From contig NC_068982.1 in NCBI RefSeq assembly GCF_001194135.2, positions 86,992,696-87,049,690 of the forward strand: a stretch of 56,995 bases of DNA, in the 5' to 3' direction. The stretch's first letter is position 1. The number at the start of each line of letters is the position of its first letter. The position numbers were made by a program, and so were the translations under genes. Of this stretch, positions 24,901-37,699 are shown piece by piece. The notes under the pieces are model-generated. The model was not told where the DNA came from and did no database searches. It was given only the letters and a program-made list of their open reading frames with translations. Source of the stretch: Octopus bimaculoides. Taxonomy: Eukaryota.

Positions 24901-26602
24901 AAGATTATCAGATGCTTGAAAAAAATTCCACAATATGATTGATGAACAATGAGACAGAAATGGAAACATTAAAAATAATAGGAAAACACGTGGGATAATT
25001 GTGTTGTGTCGGCAACTTCTGTCATAGACTAAGAACGATCTTTCGGGACCAGCAACCCTGTAGCCATCGTGCTTCGGTTGTCTCGGTACAGTTTCCCTAT
25101 ATGGGCTCATTGAACAGCTATACCTTCATACCTTAGCAACCGTGTCTTACTTCTGGCAATTAAGTTTTCGTGTTTAGCATCGAAGAGATTTGCGGTTTGA
25201 GCTGATGTTATAACATCGTTACGAAGATAATTTTTCTAACTTATCTATTAACTATCCCTCCGCTCTAACACTTTCTACTTTGTCTTACCGATTCTACTCT
25301 TCGATGCAGGATGAGATCAAGTGATACTAGCACTTAGGAAGAATAAGTGCATGTGCTTCTTATCGCTAATAATTCTCTTTCTGAATACTTTCCAACAATG
25401 GACTTAATGTTTTACTATTTCTTTTTGATCCGAACGAATAATTGTTGAATTTCTCTCCTGCATTCTATAAATCTGAAAGTAATACTTAAATAATTTTGAA
25501 ATATCTAATGTTTGCTTTCATCTCCCGATATAGATTGCAAGTTCGAAACCAACTTGCGTTTAATAACTATTCGTCCATGGTGTTGGTTTTGGCAACACTG
25601 TCTCACATCCAGGTACTTAAAGCTTTGGTTTCAAGTTACTTGAGAGTTAAGATTTCAATAATCGCCTTTCATTTTATATAGCTTTTCTTTAAAAAAAAAT
25701 AGCGCCTGTTTCACATTTTATAAGAATTTAAATACCCGATATTATGGTTTTCCACAAACTTCACACCTCATTCTCCAGGTTCACATTCGATTATCTTCTA
25801 AGTTAATTTCTTTATAATTCTGCACTGTATGCGAAGAGACTTTTCTAAGACATGCACTCGTTATTTTATATATTTCTACTTATGAACGTTTTTGTTCCCA
25901 ATAGTGATTCAGAGAAATTTGCAAAATAATGTGGTCTGTAATTTAGTTTATAATTTCCTTAGCTGTTCAATATGTTAAGCAGCGATGGGAATCAATGGGT
26001 AATTTTTGTTGTTATTGTTTCTTACACTCGGATCAGCTCTGACCAGGCAAGTTCTGATGCAAGTTCTGAGCATATTTACTTTTGTTTCCAGGCGTGGTAT
26101 TTCAAAAACTACATTATGCAATGTGATCTCCCTTTTATTTAACAGTAAGGTATCATTTGAGGGTATGATCTACCATACCACTGGCTTATAAAATATCTCG
26201 TTGGTTCATGAATCTATAGTTTATTATGACAACGATATTGATGACGAAGTTTGTCACAGCTTTCTGTGCTAGAGTCTACAACCTGCGATGAGCTTTTGGT
26301 ATTTTAAGAAAAATTACTGTTGAGTCAAAGTTACCCTTTGTATCAGATGATATTTTCAGACTATAGCAGATGAAGTCAAAAATGATTTGGTGAGATGTAA
26401 TTTGGATTTCAGTTAATTTCATTCCTGACTGCTTCTTATAGAGTCGATAAAAGAATGTTGAGAAATTGTTTTGTTACATCGAAATAAATCTCAGTGTTAT
26501 TGGTTGTTGTATCCATGTTTGTCATCGTAATCTAAGTTGTACCCAATGAGATGTGAAATAATTTCTCAATGTTAAGATATTAAGAATTAGAATCATATTG
26601 AA

Positions 26603-26790
26603 GCAGGCGTGGCTGTGTGGTAAGGCCCATGAAGTTTGCTTCATAACCACTTAATTTGGGGGTTCTGTTCCACCGTGTAGCATTTTGGGCTAGTGTCTTC
26701 TTCTACAGCTCTGTGCTGACCAAAGCCTTGTGAGAGAGTTTGGTAGAGAACAGAAAAAAAACCTGTTGTATATATGTGTTTATTTATGTG

Positions 26791-26831
<41 letters not shown>

Positions 26832-27062
26832 ATGTTTGTGACTATCCCCACCACCATTTGACAACTAATGTTGGTTTGTGTACGTTCCCGTAAGTTGGCG
26901 GTTCGGCAAAAGGGACCTATTGAATAATTTATTATAGTTTCTGAATAAGTACTAGACTTCAAAAAACAAATATTAGGGTAGATTTGTCCGACTAAAACCC
27001 CGAAGGATTTTTTCAAGAACTCAGCATGGCCGCAGTTCACTAACTGAAACAAAAGATCAAAC
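26603..27062 (+). mobile_element. SINE family B, near full length with internal (TG)n
   Basis: gcaggcgtggctgtgtggtaag head; gccttgtgag..tttggtaga; tail ...gcatggccgcagtt...actgaaacaaaagat. Confidence 0.85.
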
Positions 27063-27351
27063 GTGTGTGTCTGCATGTATGTATGCATAGATGTGTGTGC
27101 GCGTGTGTGTGCCTGTATGTATGTATGTATGTATGTATGTATGTATGTATGTATGTATGTATGTATGTGCATGTGTGTGTATATGTATATACACACACAT
27201 ACATATACACACATACATATTTAATAATTTGGACTAATGGATATATATCAATTAGTGTATGGAAGTATTTAGTAGAGCACTGACACAGTTTTGGCTACCT
27301 GGTATCATCCGCAGTTATTCTATATTACCGTTGGATCGAACTCCACAGTAG

Positions 27352-27775
27352 TCTTAAGTAAGCAGAAGGTGGATTTGGTATTAATCTTTATTTTGTACAA
27401 CAGTCATTTCGATCCATCCTGGTAGTGTCCCTTATGGGTGGGACTCAGTTCAACATGTTTTATTGCATCCATTTCTGCAGTCTAGGTCACATCAGCTACA
27501 TCCGTACATATAAAGTTGTGTCTCTCTAAAGATCTTGACTGGCTGTTATATTGTTATATGCCCAGGCGGGCTGTCATGTTGTTATATGTCTTGGGCATAT
27601 AACAACATGACAGCCCGTCAGGATCTTTAGAGAGACACAATTTTATGTATGGATGTACCTGATGTGACCTAGACATCAGAAATGGATGCAACACATGTTG
27701 AACTGAGTCCCACCCATAAGGGACAGTAGCACAAAATAAAGATTAATATCAAATCCATCTTCTGGTTACTTAAGA
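27352..27775. repeat. long imperfect palindrome / fold-back (MITE-like) element bounded by TTAA
   Basis: The left arm from tcttaagtaagcagaagg is the reverse complement of the right arm ending ccatcttctggttacttaaga. Confidence 0.9.
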
Positions 27776-27784
27776 AATTATTAT

Positions 27785-27893
<109 letters not shown>

Positions 27894-28090
27894 TAGAGAG
27901 ATAGATTAGATATCAGTATATGAACCAGAAGGGTTAATGATGTCTCGGTTATTGAGAGACATAAATTGTTTTTCTATTTTTGGCGCAATCCACTAGTTGA
28001 TACTTTCTGTTGATACTTTTTTCCTATATATAGTTTTTGTTTGTATATGTGCTTATATGTAAATATATAGTTTTTGTTTGTATATGTGCA

Positions 28091-28124
<34 letters not shown>

Positions 28125-29269
28125 CACATACATACTTACATGCTTCTTAATGTATATATGGTCATGAACATAGAAACACTCATTAACAAACACTTTGAAA
28201 CATAAATACACACGCGTCTCCACTTTTTGCATTGTTATTGCCATTTTCTATTTCCTAAAAATATAAACTACTTTCCGCTTAGGTAGCATTTAAATATTTT
28301 TGGCTAAAGCTGTTTGAAAACTATCGACAAGAAAGGTATTGAAGCACATTGTACTTGCCTCGTGCTTTCGGTTACGTCATTGTTGTTCATGGCAACCAGC
28401 TTAGCAGCAATATCGCTGTCGGCTCCATCGCATAACTTTGCCGGCTACTGTTTGAGACTATCGTTATTGATGCTTGTTGTACTTTTGTTCTTTCTTCGTT
28501 GCTGGCAGTGCCTCTACTTTCGTCATTGTAGTTACTGTCTTGTTGCTGTTACCAACTATTTAGATATGAAAAGGAGTTGGATAGCAACATCTCTAGAGTT
28601 GGATAAAATGCTTGGCAATATTTAGTCATAAACCTTAACGAAATGAGTTCAAGACTTCTTTTACTGTAGTTGTTTATCCCAGGTGATGTAGTGTAGGATG
28701 TAAATGAAGCGCAGAATAATGCAGTATTGATGAGATATTTTGTTCAGCCAATTTACCATTATAAGGGTGATTTATATTATTTATTATAGTAATTATTCTC
28801 CCGAGTAGACTTCGTAATCAACGTCGGTTGGTCATCAATTTATAACGTGTTCGAACTTGGAAAATATAATAAATACATATTTTTTTTTTTAGTAGGAATC
28901 TATGGTGATAAACCCGTCACTTATAGCTTAATTATAAGTATTATCACTATACATAAATGTTAACTCAAGCTGCGTAAACGCCGTGATGAATTATACACAC
29001 CAAGACGCTGAACGTGCATGTATGTTGAAGATAAATAAAGCTCGCTCTTTTTCACCGCTATAATAACCGTTCCATAGTTGAAGAAATAAATTTCATTAAC
29101 AGGTTGAAGAAAAAGAAACTATTTACTAAATTAGTTTATTTACGTACATTTAATATTTACAATACATTTTATAAGTCAAAGAAAATTGTCGTAGAGAGTT
29201 ACGACATAAAATTTATATTAACTAATTCTTCCATACTAAGCTACTAGAGTTTTACACAGCAATTCAAAG

Positions 29270-32200
29270 AAGCCTTGTTGAATTACGTAATAGACATGTC
29301 GTAACAATATCCAATATCTCAAGAGAGTGAGTGTCATGGAAATGAGTAACAACTAAGGAACATTGAGAGTGAGTGTCGTGGAATCGAGTGACAACCAACG
29401 AACACTGATTAATCTCCCAAAAAATCAGGATTTTTATAACTGCTCATACCTGATTTCTAAAAACTGTATTTCGTGAAAGATTTCTCTTTGACGAAAGTTT
29501 AGAATTCAAATATGGCAGTAATTTTAATCTATGGGAAACTAACAATTATGCCTATTCGGGCAAAATGACGATTACGTTATATTACCGCCAATAAAGGTTT
29601 ATTATGACTTGCGTCGCTACATAAGCCCTCAACCAGAAAAATTGTTAAAATTTTGCAGTAGTATTATTCCCTTCAGGGGACTGTCACATTAAGTTGACAG
29701 TATACAACTACTTCTACCACTTCTAGTTTTCTTTTCGCTGGCAGGTGATTTTAAAATTGACTTGTGTGGATCTTTTCCTCAACCTTAAGTTCGCTGTTTT
29801 GTGAATTGTTCTTTTTCGAGTTATTTTGAAATGTGTTGCTCAAATTTTTATTCTCATGACATGAAGACTGGTCGATATAAGCTTTTTAACTCTGTCTAAA
29901 CTGACAATTTCCTTTTTACCATGCATATCTAAAGTCATAGTTTTATCTTTAATTGACAAAACTTTAAAAGGTCCAGTGTATTTATAATTCAGTGAATGAT
30001 GACTGGCATCATTACGTACAAATACATGAGTCCAAGAATAAATATCGAAAGGGACGAAACTTTTAATATTTTGTAATTTACTTGTAAAAGAAGGAACATC
30101 AGAAAGAAATCTCTTGAGTCGGGTTACATAATTGTTAATATCTCCATTAAAAGAATTGGTTTCTTCAAACATTTGACCAGGTAGAGTTAATGTTGTTCCA
30201 TACAGAAGTTCAGCAGGAGAATATTGCAAACTTTCTTTAACAGCACTCCTGATTTCTAACAATGTCGCTGGTAAGGCTTCTAACTAACTGTTAGAATCAG
30301 AATAAGTTCGTAATGAAGATTTCAACTGCCTATGAAACCTTTCTATCACGCCGTTAGATTGTGGATGATAGGAAATTGTACGAATTCTATGAATTCCCAA
30401 CAATTTGTTAAATTCTGCAAAAAGTGTAGACTCAAATTGTCTTCCACGATCTGTCGTCAATGAGTTGCGTATGCCGAATCTGGATATCCAATTGGTAAAT
30501 AAGGCTCTTGCTATAGTTACCGCAGATATGTTTTTGATTGGATAAGCTTCTGGCCGTAGCGAAAAATGATCGATACATATTAACAAATAACTATTACCTT
30601 CCACAGGAGGCAATGGTCCAACTATGTCAATATGAATGTGTTGGAATCTGGCATCAGGATTTGTAAAAGTACTTAATGGTGCTTTAATGTGACAATTCAC
30701 TTTTGCTCTTTGACACTGCATACACGATTGAACCCAAGAACGAATATCCTTATTCATACCAGGCCAAACAAATCGACTCGATATTAATTTTAATGAAGCT
30801 CCAATGCCAGGATGAGATAAATTATGCCAAGTAGAAAAAACAACGTTTCAATGCTTTTCACGCATAAATGGTCTAGAAAATCCTGTAGAAATATCACACC
30901 AAACATGTGATTTACAAGAATGAATCGGCAATAATTAAAATTCCAAAGAAGTAGAACTGCAATCTTTATATAAAGAAAATTCTTTATCAGTAGTTTGATC
31001 TTTAGACATTTCTTCTAAATTGATAGTACTTAGTGAACGCAATGCATCAACATTCATTCGAGAAAGTGCATCAGCTGCAGAATTTTCAACACCCTTGATA
31101 TACCGTATATCCACAGTATACTGTAAAATATAATCAAGGTGTCTAATTTCTCTGGGAGAATATTTTTCAGAAGAATTTTTTGGTGCATGTGTCAATGGTT
31201 TATAGTCAGTAAATAATGTAAATGACCTACCTTCAAGAAGACGTCTTAAGTACTTAATTGACAAGTAAACTATCAACAATTCTCTGCCGAAAACGCTGTA
31301 TTTCGTTTCTGGTGCCTTGAATTGTTTTTGAAAAGACTGATAATGGTTGCCAAGAACTACAATTAAACTGTTGTAAAACTCCACCGATTCCAACATCGGA
31401 AGCATCAACTACCAATGATAATTTTGTCTCAGGAACCGGATGGTTTAAGAGTGTTGCTTCACAAAGTTTTTCTTTTATGAAATGAAAAGCTTGTAATTCT
31501 TCATCTTTTAAAGTTATAGCTTCATTTTTCTTTTCCATATTCTTTAATAATTCAGTTAAAGGAAATAGACTTTCTGTGCAATGTGGAATGAAACGTCTGT
31601 AAAAATTAATGATTCCTAAAGAATTCGGTACTGGAAATTTGATACTGGAAATTCGTAAAGAATTTGGTACTGAAAATTTGTTAATAGCTTCAACTTTGTC
31701 TGGCAGTGGGCGAATTTCATCTTTATCAATGAGATGACATAAAAAAGGTATAGTGCGTTCACCGAAAACACACTTTGATGGATTTATCACTATACAATAT
31801 TTAGTCAGTCTTTCGAAAATAAGTTTTAAGTGATTTTCATGACGGACTAGCAATGAGAATATCGTCTATATAAGCAAATACAAAAGGTAAATCTCTTGTT
31901 ACTTCATCGATGAATCTCTGAAAAGTATTTGCTGCGTTCCTCAATCCGAAAGACATACGAAGGAATTCATACAACCCAAATGGAGTTGTAATTACTGTTT
32001 TTGGTATATCATTCTCTTCAACAGGAATTTGATTGTATGCTCTAACTAAATCTATCTTCGAAAAGATATTACAACCAGTCAACGAAGCTGCAAAATCATG
32101 GATATGGGCAATTGGATATTTGTCCTCTTGTGCTTTTGCATTAAGCTGTCTAAAATCTCCTTATGGACGCCAGTCTGTGAGATTTTCTTTTTTTTTNNNN

Positions 32201-32900
32201 NNNNNNNNNNNNNNNNNNNNNNNNNNNNNNNTTAGGAGCTAATAGTTTTGTAATTTCAGGGTAATTCTTCAAAATCCTGTGATAACGATTTTCGGAGGAC
32301 GCCATAAAATATAACGGACTAATTGTCGCGTTCCTGCATCTCATGCCTTGAATGTTTAATGAAGTAACTGTGTCTATTAATTTTTGTTTCTTTACATCTA
32401 CCAGTAAATTGGCAAATCTGCTATAATGAAAATCCACTTATATTCTCTTCTTAAATGTGAATCTAGAGTTAAACTAATTTTCTCCAAATGTTTGGATATC
32501 TGACTGATTAACTGCTTGTAGAGTCAAATAAGCAGGCTTAGGCTTCTCTTTTAAAAGTTTAGCAGGCCAAACGGAACAAGCTGATCCTGTATCAACTAAG
32601 AATCTTTGTTTGGAGTTAGAGTCAAATATGAAGAATACGCGACTTTTTATGAAGTTGTCCACAGATTTCGTCGCGTCTAATCTATGGTTGAGAGGTTTCC
32701 CGACCTTCTTTGTTTAGAAAATTAAATGAGGATGGTTTAATTTTTTTTTTTTGAACAATTTGAAATTGTGAAAGACAATCTTTCTCAATAATATGAATGT
32801 TGATTTTTCTAATTTAGTTTTTATCCAATTAAAATATGCTGCAGCTTCTACTAGGCATGTAAGTTTTCAATATTTGTTTATGTTAAAATTTCAATAGGAA
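29270..32900 (-). mobile_element. Ty3/gypsy LTR retrotransposon internal region (PR-RT-RH-IN), frameshifted; LTR pair not resolved
   Basis: Protease FLVDTGS (32474-32662); [17 protein letters not shown]...PFGLYEF.RM.FGL.NA..TFQR..YIDD; RNase H LVVDASDVGIGGVL; integrase IHIDIVGPLP, TTDRGRQFES, GVIERFHRQLK; GPF/Y motif YTGPFKV. Confidence 0.95.
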
Positions 32901-32919
32901 AAACAAACCTCTGTGAATA

Positions 32920-33110
32920 ATCCTTTCTTCGACAGGCACAAGGCTTAAGATTTAGGGAGCGGGAACTAGTCGATTATATTGACCCCAGTGTTTCACTGGT
33001 ACTTCATTCATTGACCTCCTCGGCAGAATTTGAACTCAGTATGTAAAGACGGGCGAAATGCCGCTAAGCATTTTGCCCGACGTGCTAACAATTCTGCCAG
33101 CCCGCCGCTT
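32920..33110 (-). mobile_element. SINE family A; a second truncated tail follows at 33121-33181
   Basis: gaccccagtg...actggtactt...ggcagaatttgaactcag...cgtgctaacaattctgccagcccgccgc. Confidence 0.85.
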
Positions 33111-33181
33111 TAATAATAATAATGATCCTTTCAACTATTGACACAAGGTCAGAAATTTTAGGGGAGGAAACTAGTCGATTA

Positions 33182-33800
33182 AAGCCATAGGTTTTAGCAT
33201 AACAGTCACAAAAATGCAAGAAGTCAATTAAACTATCCTGAGATCCGTCCCAGACAAAAAAGACGTCATCAATAAACTGTAACCAGAATATTGGTTCATG
33301 ACCATGTAGGGATTTGAATGTCTTCAGTAACTGTGTCTCGAATTTCGTCATGAAGACATTAGCGAAATTAACTGCAATTGAAGTACCCATGGCGCAACTT
33401 ACCGTCTGGTGGTAAAATTTTTGTCCAAACTTCGTTGTTACTTTGTAACACAAACCTCGATAGCCTACAGAGGAAATTAGATGGAATACTTTTGTTTGAT
33501 CGTTTTTAGAAGGCATTCATGCATGCTTCTACCCCTTCATCGTGGTCAGTATTGGGATATAAGGAAGAAACATCCATTGTTACCAAAAAACAGTTTTCGA
33601 CATTGCTTCGGTGCTTAGAAAAGTTGTTGATTTTAGACACAAAACCAAAAGTATCTTGAATATGGGAACTTGATCTTTGCGACAGGGGGTAGAAAACCAT
33701 GCAGTAACTCCGAAATTTTGGCTGTACAACATTCATATCCGCTGGAAATTGGGCGCATTGGAAGAAATCTTTCGAACTTTTTGTGTATTTTGTGTCTAAA
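33182..33800 (-). mobile_element. Penelope-like RT core fragment
   Basis: KIHKK..PMRPISSG; LVTMDVSSLYPNTDHDEG; FYHQ..CAMGTSIAVNFANVFM; WLQFIDDVFFVW. Confidence 0.9.
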
Positions 33801-34800
33801 ATCAAGAACTTTTCTAAGCACCGAAGCAATGTCGAAAACTGATTTTAGGCACAAAATACACAAAAAGTTCTAAAGATTTCTTCCAATCCACCCAGTTTTC
33901 AGCGGATATGAATGTTGTACAGCCAAAATTTCGGAGTGGCTGGATGGCTTTCTACGCCCTGGCATTTCAAAAATGTTACATGAAAGTTAACAGCATGTTG
34001 CAGAAAATTATCCTCGTTTCAAACAAATATTCCCTCAGCCACCTATTGTAGAATTTAGACGGAATAAAAATATAAGAGAACTATTAACCTCTACTTCTGA
34101 TTCCAAGAAGACTAATATTGAAGTTTCTGTGCGCTGTACCTAGAAAAACAGCTGCTAGAGAGGTAAGCCCTGTTCATTGTGCAACAACATGAGTTAAGTC
34201 ATTTCCACCAGGAATCATAACAGAAATGTTATGATTTATACGGAAGGTGGGAATGCACCAAACACAATTTGATTTATGCTGGTTGTACAACAGAACAACT
34301 AAACAAAAGATTCAATGGGCACAGATATGACGTCAGGCACAATGACAGTAGTTCAACAGAACTGCAATTTTGAAAAGAACTTGAAAGTGCATATTCTCAG
34401 AAAATATTTTGAATCTTACACTTTTAGTCCTCAAAATGCAAGAGGAGAAATATGTTTGTGAGTTATTAACATCACGTCCTGAAGGAATGAACAAAATGAT
34501 AAGGGAATTTCATCATATTTACACAAGATTGTTTGATTAAATATTCTTTCCTTTTTTTCTCTTTTTCTTTCTTTTTATTTTTACCAGTTGTAAAATTGAA
34601 AATTGAAAACTGATGAAGTCATTCCATCAACGTGGGAACGCTGGTTGCCCTCGTTCAAACTTTTGATTTTAAATTTCTATAATTTTGAATTTTTATGTAT
34701 CACTTTTCATTTCGAACTCAACAAAGACAGGCAAGCTGTCGAAATATCGTCCAAACCAATAAAATATCTATTGCAATCGCATCGCACTTTTCGTACTGTC

Positions 34801-34870
<70 letters not shown>
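34801..34870. repeat. (TAA)n microsatellite
   Basis: Read directly from the sequence. Confidence 0.98.
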
Positions 34871-36037
34871 CTTGACCTATTAAAAAGAGGAATTTTTAAA
34901 AAAGACTCATTGTCACCCCCACCTTTCTTTTCTTCCTTGTTCTGATTCCACTAACAAGCTTGTTAAATGAAAACACCATGGGTTACAGATACTTTGAGCA
35001 AACTATAAATCATCTCCTATATATGGATGACTTAAAAAGTTTCACTAACATTAACACTGAACAAAAAACTGTCCATAGTTTTAGCAAGGACATCAGAATA
35101 AGCATTTGTGCCAGTGAGAAGAGGCAAATTAATTAGCAGGGAAAACACTGCACTCGACATAGACAGAAATCAGAGAATTAAGTCACAATCGCCCCTACAA
35201 ATTTAGGAATAGACGAAATAGGTAAAATACAATACACAAAAATGAAAGAAAAAATTAACAGAGAATATTACAGAAGAATTAGACTAATATTAAACATTGA
35301 ACTCAATGCTAAAAATAAGATATAAGGATAAACACACAAGTTATACCAGTCAGAAATCACAGCTTCAACATAATAAACTGGAAAATTAGTGAATCGAGAA
35401 ACTTAGATAGAAAAAACAGGAAACTATTAACAGCATACTGAAGTCATCACCACAAAGTAGATACAGGCAGAATATATTGACCCGATCACAAGGAGGTCGC
35501 GGCCTGACACAGAGAATTACTATAAAATAACAGTTGGACTAGAAAAATACTTAAAAACAAAAAATGGACGACTACTACATGCAATAATGCAACACAAAAA
35601 AAAAACACTTCTATATATAAGGAGTCGAAAATACAAGACCGAAACAAACTACACTGAAACGTTCATCTTAGATGACAACACAGCAGAAAAGAGGCAAAAA
35701 AGAAACATGAAAACAATACTACAAAACATACTAAAGAAGAAATGGAGAGAAAAATCACACCATGGCCAGTATCCTGGAAGGCTTGACAGAGAAGTGAGCC
35801 TAAGTAAAAACCAAAAATAGCTCAAAAGATCTGGACTAAAATCAGACCAGAAGGACTGATTCTTGCTGCACAAGACCAATGCCTGACCACAAACAACTAT
35901 AAAAGCAAAATAATGAAAACAGACCCTAACACCAAATACAGAATGTGCAAACAACACAATGAGACAGTTGATCAATCATCTCTTACTGTCCAGTCCTAGC
36001 CAAATCTGAATACAGACATAACCGAATAAGTAGTTAT

Positions 36038-36675
36038 AGGCGCAGAAATGGCTTTGTAGTAAGAAGTTTGGTTCTTTATCATATGGTTCCGGGTTCAGTC
36101 CTTCTGCGTGGTACCTTAGGCATGTGTCTTCTACTATAGCCTCGTGAGTGGATTTGGTAGACGAAACTGAAACAAAGCTCGTCTTATATATGTATGTGTG
36201 TGTCTGTGTCTGCGCGCGCGTGCACGCGTGTTTGAATTGTGTGTGTGTGTGCGTGTGTGTGTGTACGCTTGTGTGCGTGCGTGTGCNNNNNNNNNNTGTG
36301 CGTGTGTGTGTGTACGCTTGTGTGCGTGCGTGTGTCTGTGTCTGCGCGCGCGTGCACGCGTGTTTGAATTGTGTGTGTGTGTGCGTGTGTGTGTGTACGC
36401 TTGTGTGCGTGCGTGTGCTTGTGTGCATGCGCGTGCGTATGTGTGCGTGTATCTTTGTGTTTCTGCTTGTCCACCACTGCTTGACAACCGGTGTTATTTT
36501 GTTTACGTCTCCGTAACTTAGCAGTTCGATCTAAGAGACCGATAGATAGAATAAGTACCAGGCTTTAAAAGATTAAAAAATAAGTACTGGGGTCGATTCG
36601 TTCGACTAAAATTCTTTGAGGCGGTGCCCCAGCATGGTCGTAGTCTCAAAACTGAAACAATAAAATAGAAAAGAT
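36038..36675 (+). mobile_element. SINE family B inserted in the R4 element
   Basis: Head aggcgcagaaatggc, central microsatellite, tail aagtaccaggc...ggggtcgattcgttcgactaaa...gcatgg. Confidence 0.85.
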
Positions 36676-37017
36676 ATCCACTAGGTAATATGCCATCACT
36701 ACAAAATAAAAACTAGCAAGAAATGGTATAAACAAGTGCCAAACAAAGTACACGACTATGAATAGGCCACAGTCATCTGGGATATACATGTTGAAACGGA
36801 CAAAGAAATCAAAATTAATCTCCCAGACATAATAAAGGATTGGTAAAAAAAAACAAGACAAAAAAAAAATACCTGCTTACTGTTAGACATTGTAATCCCT
36901 TCTGTCCAAAATATTACCAAAAAGAAGTGGCGAAATTATCGAAATGCAAAAATCTCGAAATTGAATTGTTCAAAATGTTGGGCATGAAGGTGAAAACAGT
37001 ACCCGTAGTAATTGGAG

Positions 37018-37048
<31 letters not shown>

Positions 37049-37056
<8 letters not shown>

Positions 37057-37455
37057 TCTTTTACCTGTTTCAGTCATTTGACTGCGGCCATGCTGGAGCA
37101 CCGCCTTTAGTCGAGCAAATAGACCTCAGGACTTATTCTTTGTAAGCCTAGTACTTATTCTATCGATCTATTTTGCCGAATCGCTAAGTTACGGGGACGT
37201 AAACACACCAGCATCGGTTGTCAAGCGATGTTGGGGGACAAACACAGATACACAAACACACACACATATATATATATATACAAATACACATATACGACGG
37301 GCTTCTTTCAGTTTCCGTCTACCAAATCCACTCACAAGGCTTTGGTCGGCCTGAGGCTATATTAGAAGACACTTGCCTAAGGTGCTACGCAGTGGGACTG
37401 AACCCGGAACCATGTGGTTGGTAAGCAAGCTACTTACCACACAACCACTCCTGCG
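37049..37455 (-). mobile_element. SINE family B, full length, preceded by (CT)n
   Basis: Reverse complement of family B from head to tail; gcatt shared at both breakpoints in the R4 element. Confidence 0.9.
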
Positions 37456-37699
37456 CATTGAGTATGATAAAAAAAAAAGTTATGAACAAAAACTAGAAGC
37501 TATAGCTGGACCCTCAGTCCTACACACTATTAAAAGAATAACACTTCACTATTTAGATAGTCAACTTAACTGAGTGCTTTTGTTCCTTAATAACAGACGA
37601 ATAGCTCTAATGAATTAACTACTGGGTGTTTCATATATGTTTATCCATTATTTATTTTTATCATAAAATAAAAAGTTGTAGGTTTGGGTTAATGAAAGT

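Larger units (their letters stand above)
34950..37575 (+). mobile_element. R4/Dong-clade LINE, 3' two-thirds (RT end, thumb, CCHC, RLE), interrupted by two SINEs
   Basis: INHLLYMDDLK; ELNAKNK; GGRGL; WREKSHHGQY; EGLILAAQDQ; RMCK..NETVD..CP; HNRISSY|IH*VIC split by a SINE; PDII...LLDIVIP; VPVVIGA|LSMIKK split by a SINE. Confidence 0.9.

Noticed and set aside
34610-34751. CTGATGA at 34610 and a GACAG/CTGTC hairpin plus GAAA...GTC at 34726-34751
   Set aside because: Each has only half of the catalytic core and they cannot be combined into one fold; decayed relics at best.
36190-36430. Apparent ~100-bp tandem duplication of a TG/CG repeat
   Set aside because: The two copies flank a 10-N gap, which is typical of overlapping contig ends (assembly artefact).
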